Assembly (NCBI RefSeq): GCF_032062105.1
Contig: NW_026938675.1
Coordinates: 1 to 64,000, forward strand
Reading direction: 5' to 3'
Source: Saccostrea cucullata
Lineage: Eukaryota
DNA: 64,000 nt
A program made the translations under genes and the position numbers. Positions 1 through 11,450 of the stretch are shown piece by piece. Positions within the stretch are counted from its first letter, which is position 1. Each line of letters opens with the position of its first letter. The notes below the pieces were generated by a model that was not told the DNA's origin, searched no databases, and saw only the letters and a program-made list of their open reading frames with translations.

Positions 1-583
1 TAGAGTGAGTACGAATAGGGGTGCCAGTATCTCATTTATTCGTAAAAAAAACTTAGTCAATACCATGTTTTTTTTCTGGAAAATGTAATTATTCAGGCTG
101 GGGGAAATGATATCTCAAATCAGCGAGATATGGAAGCAGTGGAAAACGACTTTTCCGAAATAATAACGGATCTACGAAAGAGAAATTCAAACATTCGTGT
201 TTTCGTGTCTGAAGTCATGCCAAGAAAAGATACAGTGGTCATCGGTGTGAATAATATTATCCGCTTTATAGTTTTGTGAGGAATACGGTGCAACAGTTAT
301 TAAATCAAGTCGGATTTTTAATGACTGGAAATCCTCATTATACTGGCAGAACGGCATACATTTGTCAAACAAAGGAACCGCCTCTCTGCTGAAACTTTAC
401 AATGAACATGTCTTAATTCTAAAGAAGAATCAGATGCAACCTCCGCCCGTGTCCATGAAGTCTACATTCTGTTACTACTGTGGAGAACAAGGCCACTCAT
501 CCCGGGACTGTAGACATGGTAGCAAAGTAGACTGTTGGTATTGTGGGGAACCTGGACATAAACAAAAGTTTTGTCCATACTAG
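1..583 (+). pseudogene. LINE (CR1/L2 group) ORF1 3' part: SGNH esterase-like domain followed by two CCHC zinc knuckles; disrupted
   Basis: Reading ...VIIQAGGNDI... near 85-115 and ...NGIHLSNKG... near 350-375 (SGNH-type blocks), then CYYCGEQGHSSRDC and CWYCGEPGHKQKFC; lies directly upstream of an APE endonuclease ORF. Confidence 0.75.
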
Positions 584-784
584 AATAGGGCAACGAATGT
601 CAGGCCGAATATACAGAAAGTAATTCCTTAAGTCTTCAAAATAATTTTTAACCTCTCCAAATGTATGTTCAGAATGTAACAAAATATTATGTATATGCAC
701 TGTGAAAAATTCCCCCACCGTTAAAATTCCCCAGGTAAAATATGCACCCCCCCCCAAAAAAAAAAAAGAAATTGCCTTAAAGCT

Positions 785-2356
785 ATGAAAATATCTATGT
801 CTGAAAATGAGATTAACAAAAGTCTTACATGTGAAAGTCTTGATTCAAACAAAACTATAAGCATAACAAATAAATGTATTCCGGTGAACACCGAATTTGG
901 TCTTGTTAAAAAGGGTTTGCGTTTTGGAAATTTTAATATTTGTCATCTTGTACCAAAATTGGATGAACTGAAATTAATTCTACATAATGAACGATCTATG
1001 GATGTGCTGGGGCTTTGTGAGACTTTTTTACAGGACCATATTAGTGATTCAGATTTGAGTATAGATGCGCAGGTAGGTTAAGGTTACAACCAAATATTCT
1101 ACTTGCCTATATGCTATGACGTCATAATAAGCTATATGACGTGTAATTTAGAGATACCAATTTCTTAAAATCGATATCTAAGATTGATTTGAGGTCGTAA
1201 AAATGAACCAATATATGCAGAGGAGTAATATCAACGGAATTTTGTCGTTCCTGGGCCTCTGTAGTTATCACAGGGGTTACTTACCAAACCCGTGACGTCA
1301 TAACTGTTGATCATGCAGTAGCCGAGTGAAAGTGAAAAGTAACGAAAATTGATGTAAACAAACACAAGACATCGGAGTTTAAAAGCATTTAGAATGAATA
1401 TCATATGTGATTCATGTGGGAATAAAGCCTATGAATAAGGTATGGGAATATTATTCTACAATTTCTTCGTAAATTTATAGCAGGGAGGGTGTTTACTTGC
1501 CGATCAGCCTTTCCTCTGTCGTTCGTAACAAAAAAGATGCAAAAGTTCAACACTACGCCGCATACCTTGAAACTTAATTTTTGTTTCTATCTAAAGTTCT
1601 TATTCTTTGTTTTTGGAAAGTGCTGCTAGAATCGTATGGTTTACGGGAAATGGTGCTTTTTTTCGATGTTATGAACAAAATGTAAAAATTTTCGGAAGGT
1701 TTCGTCCGAAATTGTTGAATAATTATTTCTATAAGAGGACAGTAGGATTCTAGCAGCATTTTTCATGGTACAGAGATGTTTTAACATAACTATTAATATA
1801 AATTGGAACTAATTATCTCCGGGGTAGTGTTAAACTTTTCACTTTGTCATTAAGGCATATTTTCTAATTATAGACGTCAAGTGGTGACGTCGTGAAGAAG
1901 TGCCTCCTGTAGTATAAGTTCCATTGAAGTCTATAAACCACATAATTATAATAAAAGTTATATCCTTGACTTTTCCAATTTATTAGTGTTGCACAGTTAT
2001 AAAAAAGTCTTAATTCGCCGAATTCTGGTCCATGTGCTGCCTTAACAAACCCGCGTGGCTATGCACTTGAAAGAAAAGATAGACAAAATAAGGCAGGTGG
2101 TGGAATAGTAATTTATATCTCAAATGAATTATCCTATAAACGTCGAAAAGATTTAGAAATCAGTAACATTGAGACAATATGGTTAGAAATTAATTTAAAG
2201 AACACGAAACCTATACTTTATTGTTCTGCATACCGCCCACCATCTGCCCCTCCTGCTGGATGGAAGACCTAGCGAGAGAGATGAATTGTGCCCCCTGCTG
2301 TGATGACCAAGAAATCATACTTACAGGTGATTTTAATGTAGATTTGCTTAAAGACC
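785..2356 (+). pseudogene. LINE ORF2 APE endonuclease N-terminus, split by an insertion at 1068-2055 and truncated after ~2356
   Basis: GLRFGNFNI...DVLGLCETFL...SID rejoins in frame as GYALERKDRQNKAGGGIVIYI...YRPP, later ILTGDFNVDL, once the insertion and one TG are removed. Confidence 0.85.
1068..2055. mobile_element. Non-autonomous DNA transposon, 988 bp, imperfect 16-bp TIR, 2-bp TSD (TG)
   Basis: Left end CGCAGGTAGGTTAAGG; right end reverse complement CGCGGGTTTGTTAAGG (13/16). TG at 1066-1067 and 2056-2057. Removal restores the LINE frame. Confidence 0.75.
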
Positions 2357-2839
2357 CCCCATTTTTTTTCAACGTAGGATGTGCTTTTCCAAATATTGTT
2401 TCTCTTCGTTACATCGAGGGCGATGTTAAAATGCAGTATCATATCATCTGCCGATAGGATGTTCCTATGGAACCAGAAGGTGGCTGGTGTAATGAAAACC
2501 GTTTATATTTGGCTGTTTGTAGAAGCGATGCTTTAGCTAGGGTTATGTAAATGACATTTAGATAACGGACTTAAAATAAGATCTCAAATTGAAGTTGAAG
2601 ATGTACGAAATCACAAAATACCATTGATATGAAATTACGTCCACACGATATTCTTCTGACACTGCGTATGGATCCTAACCCTACTTAGCCGCCCAGTCAA
2701 ATTACATCTATTTTCTGTAGCTGCACTGTCATTTTACAGTCAAGTACATGCAAATACTTGACAGCAATGTAACTTATGAAAAATGTAATTTGTTGAATTG
2801 TAATTAAATTTTTAAAATTTTACATATTTTTTGAAAAGA

Positions 2840-5090
2840 GGAGCTGACGTCCAGGTTCGGGCTGTTTCAGTCCTACAGGCGGCAATTGGCTTCAAATACC
2901 AAGAGGTAAAGACAAGGTTATAGTTACTCCTACGGTTGAAGAGAAACCTGTCATGGTAAGCTTAAATTGTTCATAATGGTAACATAAAAGAATTTAGGAT
3001 CAATGATTGATGGTCATTACACGGGTTTATGTGCAAATATTTTGTTTCAGTTTAAGACTGGTCACGGTCACTTTAAGTCTGGAAAGTTTAGCAGAATCTC
3101 AGTTAACAGTTTATCCATGCAAGGTGGCTTTGTTGTAGTCGGTCCCTTTCAAAAAGAAGGAAATACATCTAAGGAAATAAAAGCTGCTGCATTTGAAAAG
3201 TTTTGCCAACAAAATAGATTGTTCAACCAGAAATATAATCACCACAATCAATTTGTTTTGGTGTATCCTGATGGGAAAAAGGTCTATTATCTTCCTGACG
3301 GTTAAGAAGAATTTTCAATTCTTGGATACAGGAATTTCCTAGATCCAAAGACGAGATTCGATCTTGTTTTGTATTTTTATAAATGGCAATGAGCATTTTA
3401 CATCACATTCAAATATTGTTTACTTCTATTAAAATAAAAAATGTATGTATTACAGAAAGGTTACAGTATCAATCGTTTAATTTCAGAGAACTATGACTGC
3501 AATGAAGAAGTAGAAGTCTCCTCCTGTTCATCAACAGAAGATCTGCCGAGTCTTGAGGGCGAAGGATTGCCAAGAAGTAGAATAGAATCAAGTCTGGATC
3601 AATCGGATACCCTTCCTCTTACAGTGGAAGTCACATTCACTTTTAAGGAAGGGAGTTTCACGGAGACATTCGCCAACAACACCAAAGTTTCGGTTTGTCG
3701 CGCCAAGGTTTCCTCTGTACCTGTAGATTCAATTAAGAAAGTAAAAGGTTATGTGACAATGCAATAAGCAATGCGGGCTACACAATTATCAAAATGTCTA
3801 CATGAATTTATATTCTTCTTGACAGACGCTGAAACAATATGCAGCATCAAAGTTGAACACAAATGACTGCATTGTGATGCTATTATCTGGCCATACAATG
3901 AGTAACGACGATCGCCTCATGAATCTGTCGTCGAGTCCGGGAATAGAGACCCAAATGTAAGACGAAGGGTCACCAATGTCAATTACAATACAAATTGAAA
4001 TGTTGAAAAACGTAGTACAAATATACAAATTTTGAATCCATTCACCATAATCCCTGCAATCCTCACGATGGGTGTTGTGTTCTCCATAATAGATATCTTT
4101 TTTCAGTTAGTAATATTTATATACTATATCATATTCATATGTGATACGTTAATTTATTATAGATGTCTTGGTAAAATACACCATCAAAGAAGTGGAAAAG
4201 TAAGTTATTCTGTCATTGGATGTTTTATAAATTTATAAACTACTTATACAAACAAAAGTGATGACCCTGTTTTTTGTACAGACGTAAAACCACAGATCCC
4301 AGTGAGGTGCTGCGGCTATATCAGAAAGTCTTCCTCAAGGGGAGGTCCTTGGACGTCACGGAGGAGGACCATCTTATGGAGGGAAATAGTGCCAACATAT
4401 TTATAAGTAGAGCAAATGCATGGGATCATGCGTTAGAGGTATAGCACCTAGAAAATATCCGGTGGCCTTTGGAAGTCTCCTTTTGCGGAGAGGCTGCAAT
4501 CGACATGGGAGGGGGGGGGGACAAGGCGGGAGTTTTTTGGAATTTTTCTGGCTTACTTCAAGGAAAACATGTTGACAGTCAACGGAGATTCCGTAGACTT
4601 GACAGATATAGAGTTGTACTTGGCAAGAAATACATACTTCTCCACCGGGTTGATCATTGGTATGTAAACTGTTATTCTATTTTTCCAGACGTAGTAAAAA
4701 ATCCTCTTCGTTTTATATTTTTAAAATATATATATATTTCATTTTTTAGGACTATCCATAATAGAGGGAGGTCCAATCCCAAGAATCTTTGAAGGCATCC
4801 TTGGGGAAAAGGAGGAGGAGGAGAGGCACCTTCCATTTCAGGCCGGTTTGAGAAGAACGGGAATCTTACAAGTAAGTTTTCTTAGTTCATAGTGTAGAAT
4901 GGTTTAAATACTAACTTTTTTAATATTCCAGAATGTAAAGTTCACCTTTTCACTCATATATACAATTCCTTTTCAGCTCTATCAACAGACCTGTTTTAAG
5001 TTCCTTATGTCAGAAAAATCCAAAACTGACCTAACAGTCTCAAAGTTCCACCGCCTTTTTACAGTTGAATTTTCTGCAGTCGGATCAGCA
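2840..5090 (+). pseudogene. Decayed multi-exon HECT-domain (G2E3-like) E3 ligase gene
   Basis: 4282-4540 reads DPSEVLRLYQKVFLKGRSLDV...IFISR...*...RWPLEVSFCGEAAIDMGG/TRREFF, the HECT N-lobe V.F.GE.A.D.GG..REFF motif, with a TAG stop and a G-run frameshift. Upstream exon-like pieces (LVYPDGKKVYYLPDG) have GT-AG borders; outer limits approximate. Confidence 0.65.
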
Positions 5091-6250
5091 ACTCTTAGTT
5101 AGGAATGACGATACTTGTGAGGGAGTTTTGCTTTCTAACATCTCTACTCGGAATAAAACTATTTTTCTGGATAGAAGTTTCAATATTTCTCATTAATACA
5201 CCACAAGATTGCCACTTTTCCTAAGGATTAAGAATAAGGTTAAAATTTGTGAAAGTGCAGGGGTGTGTCAATCAAACCCGCCAAAATCTAAAGTTTTAAT
5301 AACTTTCAAAAGAAAAAAAAAGATTTTTAATTAATTTTTGTGTGAAATGCTATTAAAATATATATGTCGTAATATTATAGAAATCAAAGGCCTGACGGCC
5401 TGAGAGGCGCATCGCATTGAGGGTATAAAACTTTTTTTTTTCTTGGAGATATTCAACATCTGTTAAGGGAATGAAAAAATCCAGGAATAAGAATTTTAAA
5501 AATAACTAACGTTTTTTGAGGTTAAAAAAATTTAGCCATGGCTCTGAATTTTAGCCAATCGATCAGGAGAGGAAAAACATTTTTTTAAAAAAAGATATAT
5601 TGGTTATAATTCATTGATATTTAAATTGAATCATAATTGAAATTGTGACTTCTTTTTTAATTTTTATTCTTTGACTATTAGGAAGATGAAATAATGGTAG
5701 TAATCTGAATTATTTCAGTTTCTTTCATTATGTGCACTTTTATAAATATCACTTCCTTGTTTTTAACTTTTTCCCAATATAAATGGCACAATGTATAACA
5801 AATGTTATATATACTAAAATTTTAATAACTTTCAAGTACGAAAAAAAAAGATTTTTAATTAATTTTTGTGTGAATTTTGTGTTATTAGCAGTTTAAAATA
5901 TAACAATGATATCGCTAACTTGTCAATGTACATTAGCAATTTTTTATAACGTGTTAAGAATCAATATTGTTGAGTCCTTTGTCGCCGCGCATAAACAGAG
6001 AGAGTATTGCTGGGCGATGGCAATGAGGCTGCATCGAAAACGATGCGCCTCAAAAATATTGACTTCAAATCTTTGTCCAAGTACCTTTAAAAAAGCATTC
6101 GTTTAATAAATACCAAAAGAGCAGCTAAAGAGCGTCATGCATCCGCCTGATTGCTTTGTCGTGATAATGATTACTAATGCTCTGCAAAACATTAAAATTT
6201 TAATTATTTTTTTGTCATTTAAACTCATTTTACTTTAAATTCAAAACTAA

Positions 6251-6602
6251 GGCCTAGAAAAAAAATATGTTTGTTTCCGCTTTCAGGCTGAAAAAATGTA
6301 GGGTAGGTAGGTAGGCAATTTTTTTTTTTGAAAATTTTTTTTTGCTTCTATAATCAAAACATGTATAGAATTAACATTAATGATAAAAGAAATGGTGTTT
6401 TCAAGCATTTCTGTGACTTAGACTTTTAACAGAAAGGTGACCAAAACTTCTTTCTGTCTTGAAAAGCTTGCAAAGTTGGAAACCTAATTCCATGGGTGAA
6501 ACCTTGCACATCATGGGACAAAAGCATTAAAAAAATATTTAGGGTCGGCACTATAAATTAGGGTCGGTCGGGAAAGCGGACACGTATTTTTTTTCCTAGG
6601 CC
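6251..6602. mobile_element. PIF/Harbinger-type MITE
   Basis: GGCCTAG...CTAGGCC termini with ~35-bp imperfect TIR; TAA TSD at 6248-6250 and 6603-6605. Confidence 0.8.
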
Positions 6603-7344
6603 TAAGTACCGGAGATACTTAAATAAAGCCATAAAATGTCAAAAGTAGGTCACCGTGACTTACTTTTTGGTCGTCACTCTCCGAAAACTAAATATGCATC
6701 CACTCACAAAGTTTGATGAATCTAAGCCAATAAATATCTAAGATATTTAAATATAGCCATAAAATGTCGAAAGTAGGTCATCGTGATCTACATTTTGGTC
6801 GACATTTTTCGAAGCAATCGAACCAAGTTTGATGATCATAGTTCTGAAGGCAATCAAAATATGCATTTTAAACCAAAATTCGGCAAAATTCAAAAAGTAG
6901 GTCACAGTGACCTACTTTCTTATGAATATGTTTTAAGGTCCCTAGATGCATCAAAGTACAAGATTTGATGATTCTAAACCTACCAGTGTCTGAAATAATG
7001 GGATTTAATGTTTTTAAAAGGATGAGTCATAAAGTTCAAAAAGTAGGTCACGGTAATTCCCCGTGCAAATTTTAATCTTCGACATATCCTGATCCTTGTA
7101 TGTAAGTTTGGTGAAAATCTGCCTGGTGGTTATGGAGAAGAAGATTTTTTAGCAACCAGTACTTTTGGTTTTGTTTTCCTGATTATCTCCCCTTGTTTAA
7201 GGTTCCCAACCCTTATTTTAGTGTAAATGGTAGCCCTTGGGAGTAGTATAAGGCGCCTAGATAGGACCGCATTCTGATTGGCTGAGAGAATCACGTGATC
7301 AGTTCAGATTGGTTGAGGGGATAGGGAGGTCAACTGAGTGCAGT

Positions 7345-7484
7345 CCTAATCCCCTTAACCCTAACCCTAGCCCCCTATCCCCTAACCCTAATCCCCCTTA
7401 ACCCTATCCCTAACTCTAACTAACCCTATCCCCCTTAGCCCTCTAACCCTAACCCCCCTATCCCTAACCCTAACCTATCCCCTA
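7345..7484 (+). repeat. Degenerate (TAACCC)n telomere-like tract in left TIR
   Basis: Many CCCTAA/CCCTAT/CCCTAG units. Confidence 0.85.
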
Positions 7485-7716
7485 AATACGGGGCGCTTAC
7501 ACTGTGTTTACATTATACTATACGTTGGTACTACGATTTTGGCAGCGACTCAAAAGAATGTGATTATGACGTCACGCTTTCATTCACAGTCTACACAGCC
7601 TAACCGGTTCAAACTGGTTTTACTGAAAACAAATAACACACAATACAGATTAGAACACAGATTTTATTTAGAATGAAAAATACATCCAATTACATTTTCT
7701 TTTTCTTCTGTGCCTT

Positions 7717-8271
7717 TTATGTGGTCAAGGGAAGTTTCCTCTTGGTTTCCTGAGGGTTTTTTCCTTCAGTTTTTTGTATGTCTTTTACGAATACATAGCA
7801 TGGATCCATCTGTTTAATTTTCTTACTCTCTCCTGATCCCCCTGATCCTTCTTTTTTCTGGTAAGTGCTTCCTCCTCCTCCTTCTCTCATTTTATCTTGG
7901 CTGATAGTGACTTCTAATTTGAATAATTTGCCACGAATCACAGCAAATTCACTGCTGTTATAAGTTTTCAGTTTATTAAGCTTGTTATCAATATCACTCA
8001 CCTTGGTGTTCAGTTTATTCGCCTTTTTATCAAGATCATTCATCTTGGTGTTCATATCATTCAGTTTTTTATCAAGACCAGACAGCATGTTAACAATCCC
8101 ATCCAGAGTTGTATTTAAGATGCCCATATCTTCTTTATCCACATATTCAGGAAAATTATACATGCCCAAATTCAAATCCAAATCCACTGCATCCTGTAAC
8201 TCTGGCATGGGGCCTCCTACATATCCTTCAGGTGTCACATAATACTGGGGATTTTCTGAGGTATTCATCAT
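7717..8271 (-). CDS. 184-aa coiled-coil protein of unknown function (element cargo)
   Basis: Open frame with heptad run LDKKLNDMNTKMNDLDKKANKLNTKVSDIDNKLNKLK; minus-strand TATATAAA at ~8348-8355, TCAGT at ~8322-8326, AATAAA at ~7663-7668. Confidence 0.65.
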   Translation of the reverse strand: MMNTSENPQYYVTPEGYVGGPMPELQDAVDLDLNLGMYNFPEYVDKEDMGILNTTLDGIVNMLSGLDKKLNDMNTKMNDLDKKANKLNTKVSDIDNKLNKLKTYNSSEFAVIRGKLFKLEVTISQDKMREGGGGSTYQKKEGSGGSGESKKIKQMDPCYVFVKDIQKTEGKNPQETKRKLPLTT

Positions 8272-8419
8272 TGCTTCTATTTTTTCACTTCTGTCAAGTT
8301 TTGAAAAAATATCAACTAAGACTGATCTTTAAATTTTACAGTTTTGCTTTATATACCTGCTGTGGGCCGTGTGCACCTTTTACCTGCTTTTTTATACCTG
8401 TTACATCATCTGTAAGGAC

Positions 8420-8530
8420 TATGTGCAAAAAATTAGGGTCATGTGCAAAAAATACGATAGACGTACGTTTTTTTATGCTGACTATACAGGTAATACTAGG
8501 GGGACCGTGTGCAAAAGAAATATACGTTTT
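8420..8530. repeat. ~62-bp repeat cluster 1 (GTGTGCAAAA...TACGATAGAC.TACGTTTTT...CAGGTAATACT)
   Basis: About 1.5 units homologous to 11268-11450; TAGTATTAC on the minus strand at 8490-8498. Confidence 0.8.
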
Positions 8531-9124
8531 ACCTGCGTTTTCTAACAGGGGTATAAAATGACAAGAAAAAGTAAAAATTGATTTTACTGTGGGAGAACAT
8601 AGATGCGATGGAGAAAGTATGTATTCAATACGGAATGAAATGACTGGAAATTTCACACAGGTTAGGAAAATCAGTGACTTTTAATACCAAACCTCAAAAT
8701 CAAAAATCTATGAATTACTAGCCCCTGAAAGACCGGAGAAGTCCTTGGATGCAATGAATAGCGGATCGAATACGATTTCAGAGGAAAATTTTACAGTTAA
8801 GAAAGCTTTTTGTTAGTTTTTTAAGAAAATAAAAATCATGTAAATATCACGTTAGTGTTGTTATTATATGACGTCATCTTTTATACACTCGGGTTCGGGG
8901 TTTCCCCTCAATTTCGCTTTGTCACTGTGGTGGCGCTGTTTTCCAAAAGCGATTTTTTTTTAGCCAATCACATTTGATCACATGATGGATTGTTGATGTT
9001 TTGCCGCGATATTGGAGTATCGTCTGCTATTGTGTTTAAATACAAACCCTCCGAGCGCTCACTGTCATTCTGCATTTTATTCTGCTTGACTGACTACTGT
9101 ATAGAAAGAAGAAGAAAGAAGAAG

Positions 9125-9638
9125 ATGGAATTTCAAGAGGAATTATGGATGCTTCCCGGGATTGCCATCGAGCACCACATTATAGTGAGGCGCCTGGATA
9201 CAGGAGCGGAGATTTCACGCTACAGTGGCCACCAGGAGGGCGCACCCTTATACAAGTACTAGAAGACGACCAAGACCACCTTCAAGATCGCCTCCACCCC
9301 CGCCCAGACCCGCTGCTCCCACCCTCCAGGTACAGGCCCGGAATCAAGGGCGAATTCCCCGCTGGGGCTTCCGTGTCCCTACTCAGGACATTTTTTGTTC
9401 GCTGTGTATGTCTGAAGGAGAGCCCAGCAATTATTGTTGCTTGCGGTGCGTGCAGAGGCCCTCCTGCGTCTTATGCGCCGCCAGGGTGATAGAACAAGAA
9501 ATGCCCTGTCCCCTGTGTAGGAACCAGCAGCGGCTGCTCGTCCCTCTATCCAGGAGGACAGAATTTAGGCGTGAGGATGATTCATCGGATGATGAGCCTT
9601 CCATAGGCCGGATGGTGGAGGAACTATTAAACGCCTAG
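9125..9638 (+). pseudogene. Pro/Arg-rich RING-finger-like protein gene, probably one frameshift near 9190-9225
   Basis: ATG at 9125 (MEFQEELW...); the 9225-9638 frame contains CSLC...CCLRC...CVLC...CPLC and an acidic tail; TTTAAATA ~9036 and TCATT ~9065 upstream. Confidence 0.6.
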
Positions 9639-10591
9639 GGACCCCATCTGGAGCCACCTTGATCACAAAATGAAAAAAACCAAAAAAAAATTTTAAAAAC
9701 CAACAAAAATACCAAAAAAGGCCCTTTTAAGGGCCGCCCAATTGTTTAGAAAAGATGCCTACTTAAACAGTCGGTAACTAAGAAACGTGTTGTGTCTTAA
9801 AAAGATTTTCTTTTTTTTTCAAAAATACAATCAAAGTAACGATTGTATCTTAGAAAAAAGATGATGATCTTTTTTATAATACAGTCAACGAAAATGAAAC
9901 GATTTGTGTGTGTTCAAATAAAAAAAAGAAAAGATTACCTTATACAGTGGGTAAACAAAGAAAGAGTACCTTATACAGAGGGTAAACAAGAAACGTGTGT
10001 CTCTCAAGTTATAACACCAGGTCACATTTTTTTTTTTAAAAACTTAGAATTTTATTTAATAATAACTTTAACTTTTTTCACTTTTAAATTTTTTAACTTT
10101 TAAATTTTTTAATAATAATAATAATAATAATAAACCCTTTTTTAAAATAAATTCACATCAAACACAGACATATATTTTTTTATTTTTTCATCAAAACAAT
10201 AACACATACATACATACATACAAATACACTTAATGTAGATGAAGAATGTACACCTATTTTTGTCTTAAGTGTGTACAAATTGTTCAATATAATGTCTTTA
10301 ATGAGTCCAGTTTCCTTTTTCACCAAAAACAAACAATATCACGTACACTTCATGTGAATGAAGAATGTACACCTGTTTGTCATAAGTGTGGGGTATGTTC
10401 AATAGTACCTTGTATCTCCTGAAGACTCATGATGTTAAAAAATGAATCTATTTTTTAAAAACACCCTTGTTTTTATATAAAATACAACAACAACAATAAA
10501 AAACAGTTCAATCTTTTTTATTCAACATCTTGTGTTATCTACATACTGAAAGAACTTTTTTTTCTTCATAGCTTCTCTACCTGCAATGGCT

Positions 10592-11143
10592 TCAGGTTTT
10601 CTTCCAGGTTCCTATCTCCCATTGTATCCAATCTCTGGGGTCCAATTCTTTGTTTCTCTCCTCAGGTTTCGGAACACCAGATTCTTCATAGTCACCTCCT
10701 TGCTTGTAAAACATACTTTCCAATTCTGGGGTACTGCAAGACATAGCAAATCTGGCAGTACAATGAAGTTTTTAGATATCCAGTCCTCCTACTGGTCTTT
10801 TCATTTAAATGAATCCCCTGATTTGATGCAGTTCTCCTGTCCAGGGATGTCTTTCCTTTTGAATAATCAAATACTGGAAATCATCTTCCTTGCTCAGAAA
10901 CATATCTATATCTTCTTCTTCTTTGGGGTCTGAAATGATGAAAGTCCAATTAATGGCTATCCTGTAACATCTGTCTGGACATTTAGGATCCTTCACTTTC
11001 TCATGCAGGGGTAAATATTCATTCCTGGGTTCAGGATCCAGGGTTTTCAACTCTATTCTTCTTTTTGTTTGAGGAGCTTCGTGATCCACCTCCAGAGGTT
11101 CTATCATTCTCTTTTCTAATAAGGTAAATTTATCCATCTCCAT
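10592..11143 (-). pseudogene. CRESS-DNA-virus Rep-like HUH endonuclease domain, two in-frame TAA stops, no helicase domain
   Basis: Single frame: WTFIISDP (motif I-like), FQYLIIQKERHPWTGELHQIRGFI* (motif II-like), MKRPVGGLDI*KLHCTARFAMSCSTPELESMFYKQGGDYEESGVP (motif III region). Stops at 10805-10807 and 10772-10774; frame ends at TGA 10592. Confidence 0.7.
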
Positions 11144-11267
11144 GTCTTTTTTCTTCTAATATTCTTGGAATTTGTTTGGCCAAACTGTCGTTTACTCAAC
11201 TGCCCAACTGATGACGATTTTCTTTAACACCTTGTTTTTATACCCCAACCTTGAAAAGATAAGGAGC

Positions 11268-11450
11268 GTGTGCAAAATGTACGATAGACCTACGTTTTTT
11301 ATGCTGACTACACAGGTAATACTTGGGCTCGTGTGCAAAGAAATATACGATAGGCCTACGTTTTTATGCTAACTGCACAGGTAATACTTGCGCCGTGTGC
11401 AAAACATACGATAGACCTACGTTTTTTTTATGTACACAGGTAAATACTTG
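11268..11450. repeat. ~62-bp repeat cluster 2, three tandem units
   Basis: Three GTGTGCAAA...TACGATAG.CCTACGTTTTT...CAGGTAATACTTG units; AAGTATTAC on the minus strand at 11316-11324 and 11381-11389. Confidence 0.85.

Noticed and set aside
7345-7484. True telomere or chromosome-fusion scar
   Set aside because: Tracts are short, degenerate and sit symmetrically inside TIRs bounded by a TSD
8549-8815. Additional plus-strand cargo gene in the mini-Polinton
   Set aside because: Needs a frameshift and a read-through stop and has no recognisable motif
10772-10807. Alternative genetic code (TAA=Gln) for the Rep-like gene
   Set aside because: The neighbouring coiled-coil ORF ends in TAA; two CAA>TAA type substitutions in a decaying copy are simpler
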